DNA of 63,221 bases, the filler included. It is 6 parts of 6 records of this genome, joined end to end, with 100 filler letters (N's around TTAATTAATTAA, not from the genome) between each part and the next. Parts side by side here need not be neighbours in the genome. Positions count along the whole stretch, not along the records: positions 41,498 to 55,881 come from DRR723986_4874; 5 more parts are not named here. One strand, written 5' to 3'. Shown here piece after piece: positions 41,546-51,475 of the stretch (position 1 is the first letter of the stretch; every line of letters begins with the position of its first letter). The notes beneath the pieces were generated by a model. That model had not been told where the DNA came from and ran no database searches. It worked only from the letters and a program-made list of their open reading frames with translations. The translations under genes were made by a program, and so were the position numbers.

Positions 41546-42598
41546 TTACCCCTTGGCGCGCTGAACCATCCCGAACAGATCCCGCGGATCATCCGGGTCG
41601 GCCAGCATATCGAGCTGCTCGAACAGCTCCATCCCCTCCAGCCGGTCGCGCACATAACGAAGCGCCGAGAAATCCTCGATTGCGAAACCAACGGAGTCAA
41701 ACAGCGTGATCTGCTGCCGTGACACCCGGCCCTCCGCTTCGCCAAGGATCACCTGCCACAGCTCCGTCACCGGATGATCTTCCGCCAGTTGCTGGATCTC
41801 GCCCTCAATCCGTGTCTGCGGCGGGTATTCCACGAAAATGGACGACCGGTGCAGGATCGCAGGCGCCAGTTCCGTCTTGCCGGGGCAGTCGCCGCCGATG
41901 GCGTTGATATGCACGCCTTCGCCGACCATGTTGTCATTCAGGATCGTGGCATATTGCTTGTCGGCGGTGCAGGTGGTGATGATTTCCGCCCCTTCCATTG
42001 CCTCCTCGGGCGTGTTGCAGGTGACGACGGTCAGCCCCTGTCCGGCAAGGTTGCGCGCCGCTTTTGCGGTTGCGGCCCGGTCGATGTCGTAAAGACGCAC
42101 GGTGTCGATGCCGACGACCGCCTTCATCGCCAGCGACTGGAATTCCGATTGTGCGCCATTGCCGATCATCGCCATGGTCTTCGCCCCCTTGGGCGCAAGG
42201 TGCCTGGCGACCATGGCCGAAGTCGCGGCGGTGCGGATCGCTGTCAGGATCGTCATTTCGCTCAGCAGCGTCGGATAGCCCGTCGCCACATCCGCCAGCA
42301 GCCCGAAAGCCGTCACCGTTTGCAGCCCCGCCTTGGTATTGGTCGGGTGGCCGTTCACATATTTGAAAGCATATTGTTCGCCATCCGAGGTCGGCATCAG
42401 CTCGATCACCCCATCGGCGGAATGCGCCGCCACGCGCGGGGTCTTGTCAAACAGCTGCCAGCGGCGGAAATCCTCTTCGATATAGTCGGCCATTTCGACC
42501 AGCATCCGCTCCAGCCCGATGGTATGGACCAGCCGCATCATGTTTTCGACAGAGACAAACGGCACAAAGGCGCGATCAGAGGGTTGGGGCAGGGACAT
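41546..42598 (-). CDS. ocd: Ornithine cyclodeaminase
   Basis: FDKTPRVAAHS, KYVNGHP, TAIRTAATS, GGDCPGKTE, FDSVGFAIED. Confidence 0.95.
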   Translation of the reverse strand: MSLPQPSDRAFVPFVSVENMMRLVHTIGLERMLVEMADYIEEDFRRWQLFDKTPRVAAHSADGVIELMPTSDGEQYAFKYVNGHPTNTKAGLQTVTAFGLLADVATGYPTLLSEMTILTAIRTAATSAMVARHLAPKGAKTMAMIGNGAQSEFQSLAMKAVVGIDTVRLYDIDRAATAKAARNLAGQGLTVVTCNTPEEAMEGAEIITTCTADKQYATILNDNMVGEGVHINAIGGDCPGKTELAPAILHRSSIFVEYPPQTRIEGEIQQLAEDHPVTELWQVILGEAEGRVSRQQITLFDSVGFAIEDFSALRYVRDRLEGMELFEQLDMLADPDDPRDLFGMVQRAKG

Positions 42599-42602
42599 TG
42601 GA

Positions 42603-43529
42603 TTATCCTTCTTTGGATCGGCGGGACAGGTGGATGCCGGCGATCATGCAGCGCACCGATCCTCCGGCGGTTTCAAGTGTTGGAATGGCGACCGGCAGCA
42701 GACGGGCGGATCGTTCGACAAGGGTGACCTGCGCCGGCGTCAGCGCGTCGAAGGCCGTTTGCGACAGGGCCAGAACACGACCATCCCGCCCGGTCATTTC
42801 AAAGGCATTGCCCGCGAAACGGTTGATCTGAGCCTCGCTCAGCGCGATGACCTCATGGCCGCTTTCTTCCAACCGCGCAGCGACGGTCGCGCGGCGGGCG
42901 GGGTCTGTAATCATGTCCAGCCCGATCAGCGCATAACCCGTGCCGATGCCCATCAGAACATTGGTGTGATAGACCGCGCGGCCCTGTGCATCACTGGCGT
43001 CAAAGACCATCGGTTCAAAGTTGAAATGGGTGCAAAACCGTTCCAGCAGCACCGGATCGGCCCGGTTCGAGCGGGCCACATAGGCCACACGGCCCACATG
43101 ATCCAGCACCATTGCGCCCGTGCCCTCCAGCGCAAGCTGATCCGCCTCCAGCCCTGAATAGTCGATGACATCCTGAACGCGATAGTCGCGTTTCAGCATC
43201 TCGATGATGTCCCACCGGCGTTCCTGGCGACGGTTCGCCGAATGCATCGGATATATCGCCACATGCCCGCCCGCATGGGTGGAAAACCAGTTGTTCGGAA
43301 ACACGGAATCGGGCGTGTCTGTGCCGGTGTCGTCGAAATCATGGACCGTAACGCCCGCATTGCGCAGCGCTGCGACCACGCCGTCGAACTCTGTGCGCGC
43401 TGCTTCGGCGACCTCTTTTTCATGGCCGCCGCTTGCGGTCTGATAGGCGTTGTCGCCCTGCGTTTCCGGGTTCGACCGGAAATGGTGCGGGCGGATCATC
43501 ACCACGGCAGAGGGCGCCTGCAGGCTCAT
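42603..43529 (-). CDS. ctlX: Citrulline utilization hydrolase (amidinotransferase superfamily)
   Basis: TPDSVFPNNWF, LEGTGAMV, YHTNV, GGSVRCMIA. Confidence 0.88.
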   Translation of the reverse strand: MSLQAPSAVVMIRPHHFRSNPETQGDNAYQTASGGHEKEVAEAARTEFDGVVAALRNAGVTVHDFDDTGTDTPDSVFPNNWFSTHAGGHVAIYPMHSANRRQERRWDIIEMLKRDYRVQDVIDYSGLEADQLALEGTGAMVLDHVGRVAYVARSNRADPVLLERFCTHFNFEPMVFDASDAQGRAVYHTNVLMGIGTGYALIGLDMITDPARRATVAARLEESGHEVIALSEAQINRFAGNAFEMTGRDGRVLALSQTAFDALTPAQVTLVERSARLLPVAIPTLETAGGSVRCMIAGIHLSRRSKEG

Positions 43530-44455
43530 GCGGCAAAGCTCCGGGTGGGGCGGTCAAAGACGCGGCGGCCCATCAGCGATGCGGTGAGGTCGACCATCAG
43601 GGACGCGGTGCGCCCGCGCTCATCGAGAAACGGGTTCAGTTCCACAAGATCGAGGGAGGTCACAAGCTCGCTGTCATGCAGGATTTCCATGACCAGATGC
43701 GCCTCTCGGAAAGTGGCGCCGCCCGGCACTGTGGTGCCCACGGCAGGCGCGATGGACGGATCGAGGAAATCGACATCCAACGACACGTGCAACATGCCGT
43801 TCTCCGCCTCCACCCGCGCCAGAAACTCGCGCAGGGGGGCCGCGATGCCATGTTCGTCGATGGCGCGCATGTCGTGGCAGGTGATCTCGGTCGCCGCCAG
43901 CGCCTGCTTTTCCTCCAGATCGACGGATCGCAGCCCGATCATGCAGACATTGTCCTGTGGGACAGGGGCGTTCAGCGCCGGGAAATGGTCAAAGCCGGGC
44001 AGGCCGGTGATGTAGCCAACGGGCGTGCCATGCAGGTGGCCCGAGCCGCTGGTGGCAGGCGTGTGGAAGTCGGAATGCGCGTCGAGCCACAGCACGAATT
44101 GCGGGCGACCCTGCGCAGCGGCGTATTCCGCAACGCCCGCCACGGTGCCAAGCGACAGGCTGTGATCGCCGCCCAGGAAGATGGGAAATCCGTCTTTCAT
44201 CGCGTCACGGGCGGCCGGGATCAGCGCCTCGGTCCAGGCAATGGTTTCCGCCAGGGCGTGGACTTTTCCCTCGGCTGGCAGGTCTTTCAGCGGGGCTTGC
44301 ACCACATCGCCCAGATCGCGTGCGTCCAGCCCAAGGCTGCTCAGGTGATCGACGATACCGGCGGTGCGGAACGCATCGGGGCCCATCAGGCATCCACGGG
44401 TGCGCTTGCCGCTGTCAACGGGGGCTCCGATCAGAAGGCAGGGTTTATTGGTCAT
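43526..44455 (-). CDS. rocF: Arginase
   Basis: GGDHS, DAHSD, SLDVDFLDP, ELNP. Confidence 0.95.
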   Translation of the reverse strand: MTNKPCLLIGAPVDSGKRTRGCLMGPDAFRTAGIVDHLSSLGLDARDLGDVVQAPLKDLPAEGKVHALAETIAWTEALIPAARDAMKDGFPIFLGGDHSLSLGTVAGVAEYAAAQGRPQFVLWLDAHSDFHTPATSGSGHLHGTPVGYITGLPGFDHFPALNAPVPQDNVCMIGLRSVDLEEKQALAATEITCHDMRAIDEHGIAAPLREFLARVEAENGMLHVSLDVDFLDPSIAPAVGTTVPGGATFREAHLVMEILHDSELVTSLDLVELNPFLDERGRTASLMVDLTASLMGRRVFDRPTRSFAA

Positions 44456-44567
44456 CTGTTGTCCGTCCTATATCGCGTTGAGCACAGAAATAGCGCCCGG
44501 ATCGGATTGGACAGAAGCAATCATATTGGTCATATTGGGATAACCATTAGCAAAATGGATTATCTAG

Positions 44568-45008
44568 ATGATCGAAATGGACGATACGGACCGCCGCCTT
44601 CTGGCTGCCCTGCGCCGGGACGGGCGCGCATCGCTGTCTGATCTGGCGCATGATCTGGGCATTACCCGCGCCACGGTGCGGGCAAGGATGGAAAAGCTGT
44701 CTCAGGCGGGGGAGATCCGGGGGTTCTCGGTGATCACCCGCGGGGATCTGGCGCAAAGCCCGGTGCGGGCGCTGACCATGCTGGGCATTGAAGGGCCGGG
44801 GATGGACCGCATCCGGCGTCAGCTGTCAGGACGGAGAGAGGTGCAGGCCGTGCATTCCACCAATGGCAAATGGGATCTGATCGTGGAACTTGGGACCGAG
44901 ACGCTGGAGGCGCTGGACGCGGTGTTGCGGGACATGCGCAAGATGGATGGGATCAGCACCTCGGAAACCAGCCTGCTGCTATCGACCAGCCGGTACAGCC
45001 GGATCTGA
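44568..45008 (+). CDS. Lrp/AsnC-family regulator
   Basis: MDDTDRRLLAALRRDGRAS HTH, GKWDL; divergent from rocF. Confidence 0.92.
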   Translation: MIEMDDTDRRLLAALRRDGRASLSDLAHDLGITRATVRARMEKLSQAGEIRGFSVITRGDLAQSPVRALTMLGIEGPGMDRIRRQLSGRREVQAVHSTNGKWDLIVELGTETLEALDAVLRDMRKMDGISTSETSLLLSTSRYSRI

Positions 45009-45815
45009 GGGCGCAAGAAAGCCGAAGCTGTCGGCACTGGCCTTGCGCCAGGACAGCACCAGCAGACGGTCGAACCTGACCGCGCCCGGCACCGGGTGCA
45101 GGCGGCCCGCGTCCAGATCATGCAGAACCATGCGGTGCGGCAGATAGGCGGCCCCGCCTTCCCGGCGCATGTGGTCCAGCGCCCAATCCGGGTTGGAAAA
45201 GGCCAGTGCGGCGGTTTCATCCGTTGGCCAGGCCTCGGCATGTTGGGCACGGAAGAGGGGGCCGTAATCGACATAGATATAGCGGCTGTGCCACGGCGCG
45301 CCTTGATCGGTGGTCACAAGAATCAACAGGTCGCTGGCAAAGTCCCGATGCTCGATCCCGGCGCCGATCACCGGTTCTGGCAATAGCGCAGCGTCACTCA
45401 TGCCGCTGTGCAGCCAGGTTTCCGCATCGCGCGGCAAGCCCGACCAGATCTCGATCGCGGTTTCCGGGTTCGCTGTGCGGATGTCGTCAATCCAACGCTG
45501 CCCCAGCCCCAGCCACAACCCCGGATCGCAAACAAAGCTGAATAGCCGCGTCACCCCACGCGGCAGGTTCGCACGGGCGCGGGCATTGTCCCAGGTGCGC
45601 ACAATAACCTCGGCCTGTTCCAGAAAGGCAAAGCCCGCCTTGGTCAGCGTCGCTCCCTTGCGCGACCGGATCATCAATTGCGCCCCAAGCGCCTGTTCCA
45701 GTGTATCCAGCCGGGCAGTGACAGCGGATTGCGTGACGTTCAACTGCTCTGCCGCACGGTTGAGATTGCGGCAGCGGACAACGGCCAGAAAGGTCTGGAT
45801 GGCGGCGATGTTCAT
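44979..45815 (-). CDS. LysR-family regulator
   Basis: NLNRAAEQLNVTQSAVTARLDTLE, LTKAG; start placed at MNIAA. Confidence 0.9.
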   Translation of the reverse strand: MNIAAIQTFLAVVRCRNLNRAAEQLNVTQSAVTARLDTLEQALGAQLMIRSRKGATLTKAGFAFLEQAEVIVRTWDNARARANLPRGVTRLFSFVCDPGLWLGLGQRWIDDIRTANPETAIEIWSGLPRDAETWLHSGMSDAALLPEPVIGAGIEHRDFASDLLILVTTDQGAPWHSRYIYVDYGPLFRAQHAEAWPTDETAALAFSNPDWALDHMRREGGAAYLPHRMVLHDLDAGRLHPVPGAVRFDRLLVLSWRKASADSFGFLAPSDPAVPAGR

Positions 45816-45912
45816 GCGCAGATAATACAAGAAAATCGAATTACTGCATAGATAAAATCCGTTTTCCAGATTCAATGCCCCGTGCCACTCTAATCCCGCA
45901 ACAGGGAGGCGC

Positions 45913-46959
45913 ATGATGGAGTTCTCAGCCCAATTGTCTTCGGACTACCCGGATAAATCCTATGGCGGGGACAGGGTTTACAGCGACATGCTCAAACAGG
46001 CGGTGCTGGCCGACCGGATGGGGTTCGATGCGGTGTCGATCACCGAACATCATCTGATGAACTGCCTGATGATGCCCGCGCCGCTGCAATTCGCCGTCAA
46101 GATCGCGGCGATGACCAAGGCGGTGAAGATCATGACCTCGATCGTGGTGCTGCCGCTGCATGACATGCGCATCTATGCCGGTGAGGTCGTGGTGGCCGAT
46201 ATCTTCACTGAGGGCCGGCTGCTGCTGGGTGTCGGGCGCGGCGCCTTCAAATACGAGATGGAGCGGCTGGGCGTCCCGATGTCCGAAACGCAGGCCCGGT
46301 TCAATGAATCGCTTGCCGTGCTTCAGGCACTGTTGACCGAGGAAGAGGTCAGCTGGGATGGCGACTATTACCAGTTCGATCCCTTGACGATCATGCCCCG
46401 CCCGGTGCGCCCCGGCGGGCCGCCGATGATGATGGCGGTGATGAACCCCGAAGGTATCTACCACTGCACCAAGCGCGGCTTTCACATCCAGACGACGCCG
46501 CTATCGGGCAATCACCAGTTGCTGCTGGATCAGGTGGGGGCCTTCAATCGGGCCAAGGAGGATATGGACGGCGCGGGCGACGGGCTGACCCTGACGCTGT
46601 CGCGCGTGGCCCATATTGCGCAAACCCCGGCGGAGCGGCAGCGCAAGGTCGAAGCCGCGCATCGCTACTACGGGCGGTTCGACAATGTCTTCACCGGGCC
46701 GGGGCTGGTCGATCATGGCATGGTGCGGGAATTGCCCTGCGCGACTCCGGTTGAGGAACTTGGGGAAAGCCTGCTGATTTGCACGCCGCAGGAAATGATC
46801 GACAAGCTGGGGCCATATGCCGATCTTGGCATCGACCGGGTCATTCTGAACTTCAATTTCGGTCTGGACCCGTCCGACACGCTCGACGCGATTCAGTGTT
46901 TCGCAGAGGAGGTCATGCCCCATTTCACCGGCAGACCCGCGACAGTGGCTGCCGAGTAA
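45913..46959 (+). CDS. LLM (bacterial luciferase-like) flavin-dependent monooxygenase
   Basis: GFDAVSITEHH, GRLLLGVGRG, PRPVRPGGPP, FAEEVMPHF; SD GGAGG. Confidence 0.92.
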   Translation: MMEFSAQLSSDYPDKSYGGDRVYSDMLKQAVLADRMGFDAVSITEHHLMNCLMMPAPLQFAVKIAAMTKAVKIMTSIVVLPLHDMRIYAGEVVVADIFTEGRLLLGVGRGAFKYEMERLGVPMSETQARFNESLAVLQALLTEEEVSWDGDYYQFDPLTIMPRPVRPGGPPMMMAVMNPEGIYHCTKRGFHIQTTPLSGNHQLLLDQVGAFNRAKEDMDGAGDGLTLTLSRVAHIAQTPAERQRKVEAAHRYYGRFDNVFTGPGLVDHGMVRELPCATPVEELGESLLICTPQEMIDKLGPYADLGIDRVILNFNFGLDPSDTLDAIQCFAEEVMPHFTGRPATVAAE

Positions 46960-46980
46960 CCCCCTGAAAGGAAACATAAC

Positions 46981-47175
46981 ATGCCGATTATCCGAGTGGA
47001 GATGTTCCCCGGTCGCACCACGGACCAGAAACGAGAGATGGTGAAGGCACTGACCGATGCGTTCGTCGCCACGGCGGGCGGAACCCCGGCCAGCGTGCAT
47101 GTGGTCATCACCGATATCGAGAAATCCAACTGGGGCACCGGAGGAGAGCTGAACTCCGACCGGTTCCCGGACTAG
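46981..47175 (+). CDS. 4-oxalocrotonate tautomerase-family protein
   Basis: Catalytic Pro1 (M-P-IIRV), GRT, WGTGG; 64 aa. Confidence 0.92.
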   Translation: MPIIRVEMFPGRTTDQKREMVKALTDAFVATAGGTPASVHVVITDIEKSNWGTGGELNSDRFPD

Positions 47176-47184
47176 GGGGCTGAC

Positions 47185-47961
47185 ATGACCGAGGCAATGG
47201 ACTGCGAATACACCGTTCAGGGCGAGGGGCCGCCGCTCTTCCTGATCCACGGCATTGGGGCTGCGCGCAACACCTGGGCGCGGGCGCTGCCCGTCCTGAC
47301 GCCGCATTTCACCGTGGTCACTTATGATCTGCGTGGGCATGGGGCGTCGCCGATGTCGGATGGCGAATTCGGGCTGGAGGAACTCGTCGCCGATCTGGAA
47401 CGGGTTCGGGAACGGACAGGGTATGACACCGCCCATTTCGCGGGCCATTCGCTCGGCGGCATGATCGGCCCGGCCTATGCGCTGAAATACCCGGACAGGG
47501 TGATGTCGCTGGGCCTGCTGTCCACCGCCGCCTTCCGCACGGAGGATGACAGCGCCAAGGTCTGGGGCGTGGTCCGTGCGATGGAGGAAAAGGGCATTCC
47601 GCAGGTGTTGGAAACCCTGTCTGACCGGTGGTTCACCGACGGGTTCATCGCGGCCCATCCGGATGTGGTGCGCAACCGGCTGAAACAGGTGGTGGACACG
47701 GACCCACAGGTCTTCCTCAACGTCTTTCGCATCTATGCGGGCACCGAAATGGCGCCTTGGCTGCATGAGGTCACAGCACCGTCACTGGTTCTGACGGGCG
47801 AGTTTGACGGGGGCTGCAACCCACGGCTCAACCGGCTGATAGATCAGGCATTGCCCAATTCCGAGCTGGTGATCCTGCCCGACCTCAAGCATTCGTTGTT
47901 GCTGGAGGCCGGAGAGGTGGTGGCCGAGAACCTTGTGCGGTTTATTCGGGCGCTGGATTAG
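47185..47961 (+). CDS. Alpha/beta-fold hydrolase
   Basis: HGIG, YDLRGHG, GHSLGG, GEFD, KHS. Confidence 0.92.
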   Translation: MTEAMDCEYTVQGEGPPLFLIHGIGAARNTWARALPVLTPHFTVVTYDLRGHGASPMSDGEFGLEELVADLERVRERTGYDTAHFAGHSLGGMIGPAYALKYPDRVMSLGLLSTAAFRTEDDSAKVWGVVRAMEEKGIPQVLETLSDRWFTDGFIAAHPDVVRNRLKQVVDTDPQVFLNVFRIYAGTEMAPWLHEVTAPSLVLTGEFDGGCNPRLNRLIDQALPNSELVILPDLKHSLLLEAGEVVAENLVRFIRALD

Positions 47962-50129
47962 GGCTTGGGACGGCGCGGGGGCGTGGTGCCGCCCTTGCGC
48001 GGTTTCGATCCGGGCTTGTTCAGACCGGCCTTGCCCGCGCGGGCGGGTTTCGGTTTGGCACCGGGACGCTCGAACCGCTTGGACGTGTCGGAGGCCGAAC
48101 TGCGCGCAGGGGCTGGTGCGGCCGGTTTGTCGGAGCGCGGCTTGTCGGACCGGGGTTTATCGGACCAGGACTTCCCGCCTTCGGGCTTTGGCCCACGGGG
48201 TTTATCCGAACGCGGTTTGTCGGACCGTGGCTTGTCCGCCCATGGTTTCGCCCCGTCGCCCTTGGGCTTGCGCGGCTTGTCGAAGGATTTGCCCTTGGGA
48301 CCATCCGCCGGATTCCCGCGCGGCTTGCCCTTGGGGGCGTCGCCGTCACGGCGGGGTTTGGCATAGGGCTTGACGGAATCCTTGATGAAGGCCTCGCGCT
48401 CTGCCTGTTCCTCGGGCGTGCGGCGCGGTTTTGCCTCGCGCTCTGGCCGGTCTTCGCGCGGCGCGCGGCGCGGCTTGTCATCGCGCGGGCCTGACGAACG
48501 GGGGCCGGGGCGCGGACCGCCGCCGGGCTTGGGCGCGCGGGGCATGGTGGCGAAATCGGGCGCGCTGTCCATGGCGCGCACCGTGATGCCTTCATCCAGT
48601 TCCGCGCCATTGCCGAAGGCGCTTGCGAATTTGGCGGCACTCGCCTCGGTCAGTTCCACGAAGGTTTCCGACTGCTGCACCCGGATCGCGCCGATGGCAT
48701 CCTTGTCGAGATTCCCGGCGCGGCACAGCAGCGGCAGCAGCCAGCGGGCCTCGGCCCGGTCACCCGCACCGACCGACAGGGCGAACCAGCGGCTCGGGCC
48801 GAAGGGCTTGCGGTCCTTGGGGGCAGGGCGCGCATCGGGGGGGCTGAGATCCTCGGGCGCGGAATGACGGCTGCGATAGAGCCGCAGATAGGCGGCGGCC
48901 ACGGCCTCGGGCGTGTGCATGTCCAGAAGGCGGGCGGCGAAAGCGGCCTGATCCTCGGTGGTCTCTTCCTCCCACGCGGGATCGTTCAGCAAGCGCTCTT
49001 CATCCTGGCGCAGAATGTCGTCCGCAGAAGGGGGCACGGTCCATTCGGCCTGGATCTTGGCCCATTTCAACAGGCGTTCAGCCTTCTTGACGGTCTTGGG
49101 CGGCACGATGAGGGCAGAGATCCCCTTGCGCCCGGCGCGACCCGTGCGGCCAGACCGGTGCAACAGCCCCTCGGCGTTCGAGGGGATATCGGCGTGGATC
49201 ACCAGTTCAAGATTGGGCAGGTCGATCCCGCGCGCAGCCACATCGGTCGCGACGCAGACCCGGGCACGCCCGTCGCGCATGGCTTGCAGCGCATGGGTGC
49301 GTTCGCTCTGGCTCAACTCGCCTGACAGGGACACCACCGAAAAGCCCCGGTTTGCGAAACGGGCGGTCAGACGGGCCACGGCGGCGCGGGTGTTGGCGAA
49401 GACGATGGCGTTCTGAGCCTCGTGGAACCGCAGCAGATTGATAATGGCGTTTTCCGCATCGACCTCGGCCACGCGCAGGGCCTGATAGGTGATGTCGGCG
49501 TGCTGACGGCCGCCGGTCTGGGTGCTGACCCGCACGGCGTCGCGCTGATAGTGCTGCGCCAGCGTGACGATCATCGGCGGCACAGTGGCCGAGAACATCA
49601 GGGTGCGGCGATCCTCGGGCGCTTCTCCGAGCATGAATTCAAGGTCTTCGCGAAAGCCGAGATCAAGCATCTCGTCGGCTTCGTCCAGCACCACGGCGCG
49701 CAGCTGGCTCATGTCGAGCGTGCCGCGCTGGATGTGGTCGCGCAGGCGGCCGGGCGTGCCGACGACGATATGCGCACCGCGTTCCAGCGCCCGGCGTTCG
49801 TCGCGAAAATCCATGCCCCCCACACAGGATGTCACCCGCGCGCCGGCCTTGGCGTAAAGCCAGCTCAGCTCTCGCATGACCTGAAAGGCCAGTTCGCGTG
49901 TTGGCGCCACGACCAGCGCCAGCGGCGCCTCTGCCGGGCCCATGGTTTCGGCATCCCCCAAAAGGGTGCGCGCGATGGCGAGGCCAAAGCCTACGGTCTT
50001 GCCCGATCCGGTCTGGGCCGAAACCAGCAGGTCGGCCTCTGCAAGCTCGGGGTTTGTCACGGCCTCCTGCACGGCGGTCAGGGTGTCATACCCGCGTTCC
50101 GCGAGGGCGTCGGAGAGTGTCTTGATCAT
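47958..50129 (-). CDS. DEAD-box RNA helicase with DbpA RNA-binding domain and a long basic tail
   Basis: AQTGSGKT, PTRELA, DEAD, SAT, ARGID, HRSGRTGRAG. Confidence 0.95.
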   Translation of the reverse strand: MIKTLSDALAERGYDTLTAVQEAVTNPELAEADLLVSAQTGSGKTVGFGLAIARTLLGDAETMGPAEAPLALVVAPTRELAFQVMRELSWLYAKAGARVTSCVGGMDFRDERRALERGAHIVVGTPGRLRDHIQRGTLDMSQLRAVVLDEADEMLDLGFREDLEFMLGEAPEDRRTLMFSATVPPMIVTLAQHYQRDAVRVSTQTGGRQHADITYQALRVAEVDAENAIINLLRFHEAQNAIVFANTRAAVARLTARFANRGFSVVSLSGELSQSERTHALQAMRDGRARVCVATDVAARGIDLPNLELVIHADIPSNAEGLLHRSGRTGRAGRKGISALIVPPKTVKKAERLLKWAKIQAEWTVPPSADDILRQDEERLLNDPAWEEETTEDQAAFAARLLDMHTPEAVAAAYLRLYRSRHSAPEDLSPPDARPAPKDRKPFGPSRWFALSVGAGDRAEARWLLPLLCRAGNLDKDAIGAIRVQQSETFVELTEASAAKFASAFGNGAELDEGITVRAMDSAPDFATMPRAPKPGGGPRPGPRSSGPRDDKPRRAPREDRPEREAKPRRTPEEQAEREAFIKDSVKPYAKPRRDGDAPKGKPRGNPADGPKGKSFDKPRKPKGDGAKPWADKPRSDKPRSDKPRGPKPEGGKSWSDKPRSDKPRSDKPAAPAPARSSASDTSKRFERPGAKPKPARAGKAGLNKPGSKPRKGGTTPPRRPKP
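48124..48240 (-). repeat. Degenerate 15-nt coding tandem repeats (SDKPR) in the helicase tail
   Basis: The protein reads ADKPRSDKPRSDKPR...SDKPRSDKPRSDKP. Confidence 0.85.
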
Positions 50130-50269
50130 GGGAAGGTCTATCCGTCAGGGTCAGGCGTGGTCGCGGCGGAAGGGTCCGGCGTCGCGGTCACGGGAAAAAA
50201 CGGGTGTCTAACGCCTGTTTCGGCGAATGTATACAGGGAAAGCGTAGCGCGGCAATGATTGTGCCACGC

Positions 50270-50749
50270 TTATGCCCGGCGGGCAGCCATGATCCAGACA
50301 CCCATAAGAACGACCGAGATGATGGCGTTGTAATTGGCCATGGACAGACCAAAGAGCTGCCACGAAATCTCGTCACACAGAACGATGCCGGTCCCGCAAT
50401 CTGGGTCCAGCAAACCGCAGTCGGAATTCAGCAGGTCCAGACCGCTCGACGTGCAGGAGGCAGGCCCCTCCCACCACGCCCGTTCGACGCCGGAATGGTA
50501 GATCGCAAGGCCGCTGGACACCGCCATGTTCAGCGCCCCGGCCCAGGCAATCACGGGTTTGGGAATGGCCAGCCCGAGGATGCCCAGAAGGATGCCGATC
50601 CGGTGCGGCCAGCGTTGCCAGTAGCACATCTTGCACGGCAGAACGCCCAGGACGAACTGAAAGAACAGCGCCCCGAAGAACAACCCGGCAGAGCCGAGCG
50701 CGGCCAGCAGGATCAGGTTGCGACGCGTAAGGGAAGCCAGAAAGCTCAT
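50270..50749 (-). CDS. dsbB: Disulfide bond formation protein B
   Basis: PCKMCYWQRWP, YHSGVE, second Cys region CT..CD. Confidence 0.9.
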   Translation of the reverse strand: MSFLASLTRRNLILLAALGSAGLFFGALFFQFVLGVLPCKMCYWQRWPHRIGILLGILGLAIPKPVIAWAGALNMAVSSGLAIYHSGVERAWWEGPASCTSSGLDLLNSDCGLLDPDCGTGIVLCDEISWQLFGLSMANYNAIISVVLMGVWIMAARRA

Positions 50750-51324
50750 AGGAATTTCACCACGTAGAAACCGCCCGCCAGCAATATCACGAACAGGATG
50801 AACATCAAGCCAAGGCGGCGCTCGATAAAGTCACGAATGGGGGCCCCGAACTTCCAAAGCAGCGCCGCGACGATGAAAAAGCGCAACCCGCGCGCCACGA
50901 TGCTGGCGACGATGAACACGCCAAGGTTCAGTTGCGTGACCCCCGACATGATGGTGATGACCTTGTACGGGAATGGCGTGACGCCCGCGATCAGCACCGC
51001 CCATGCGCCCCATTCGTTGTATCGGGTGGCGAATTCCTCGAAATAGGCGTCCTTGCCATAGAATTCGAGCACCGGGCGGCCCACGGTCTCGAACAGGCCA
51101 TAGCCGATGTAATAGCCCAGAAGCCCGCCAAGCACAGACGAGACAAGGCAAACGCCGGCGATCAGGAATGCACGGCGCGGCGCGGCAATGATCATCGGGA
51201 TCATCAGGATATCGGGCGGGATCGGAAAGACCGAGCTTTCAAGGAAGGATACAATCGCCAGCGCCACAAGCGCGTAGCGATGTTCGGCAAGGCTGATCGT
51301 CCAGTCGTACAATCCGCGGATCAT
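50746..51324 (-). CDS. YqaA/DedA-family membrane protein
   Basis: SFLESSVFPIPPD, TPFPYK, ARGLRFF. Confidence 0.9.
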   Translation of the reverse strand: MIRGLYDWTISLAEHRYALVALAIVSFLESSVFPIPPDILMIPMIIAAPRRAFLIAGVCLVSSVLGGLLGYYIGYGLFETVGRPVLEFYGKDAYFEEFATRYNEWGAWAVLIAGVTPFPYKVITIMSGVTQLNLGVFIVASIVARGLRFFIVAALLWKFGAPIRDFIERRLGLMFILFVILLAGGFYVVKFL

Positions 51325-51475
51325 ATGCGTCTCCTGAAAATGCCAGACCGCGATGCCCGATCCTTGCCCGCGGGTCAAGCGCGCTGCGTCAGGAGGCGGG
51401 CTTTGCGACGCGGTCCTTACGCGCTATGCCCAAGAGGCGGGCAGTTTCGACCCGGCGAGATCAGGGGCAGGGGCC

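Noticed and set aside
51428-51460. GCCCAAGAGGCGG resembling the 5' end of a tRNA-Leu
   Set aside because: No D-loop GG, anticodon arm or matching acceptor 3' strand follows; too short to support.
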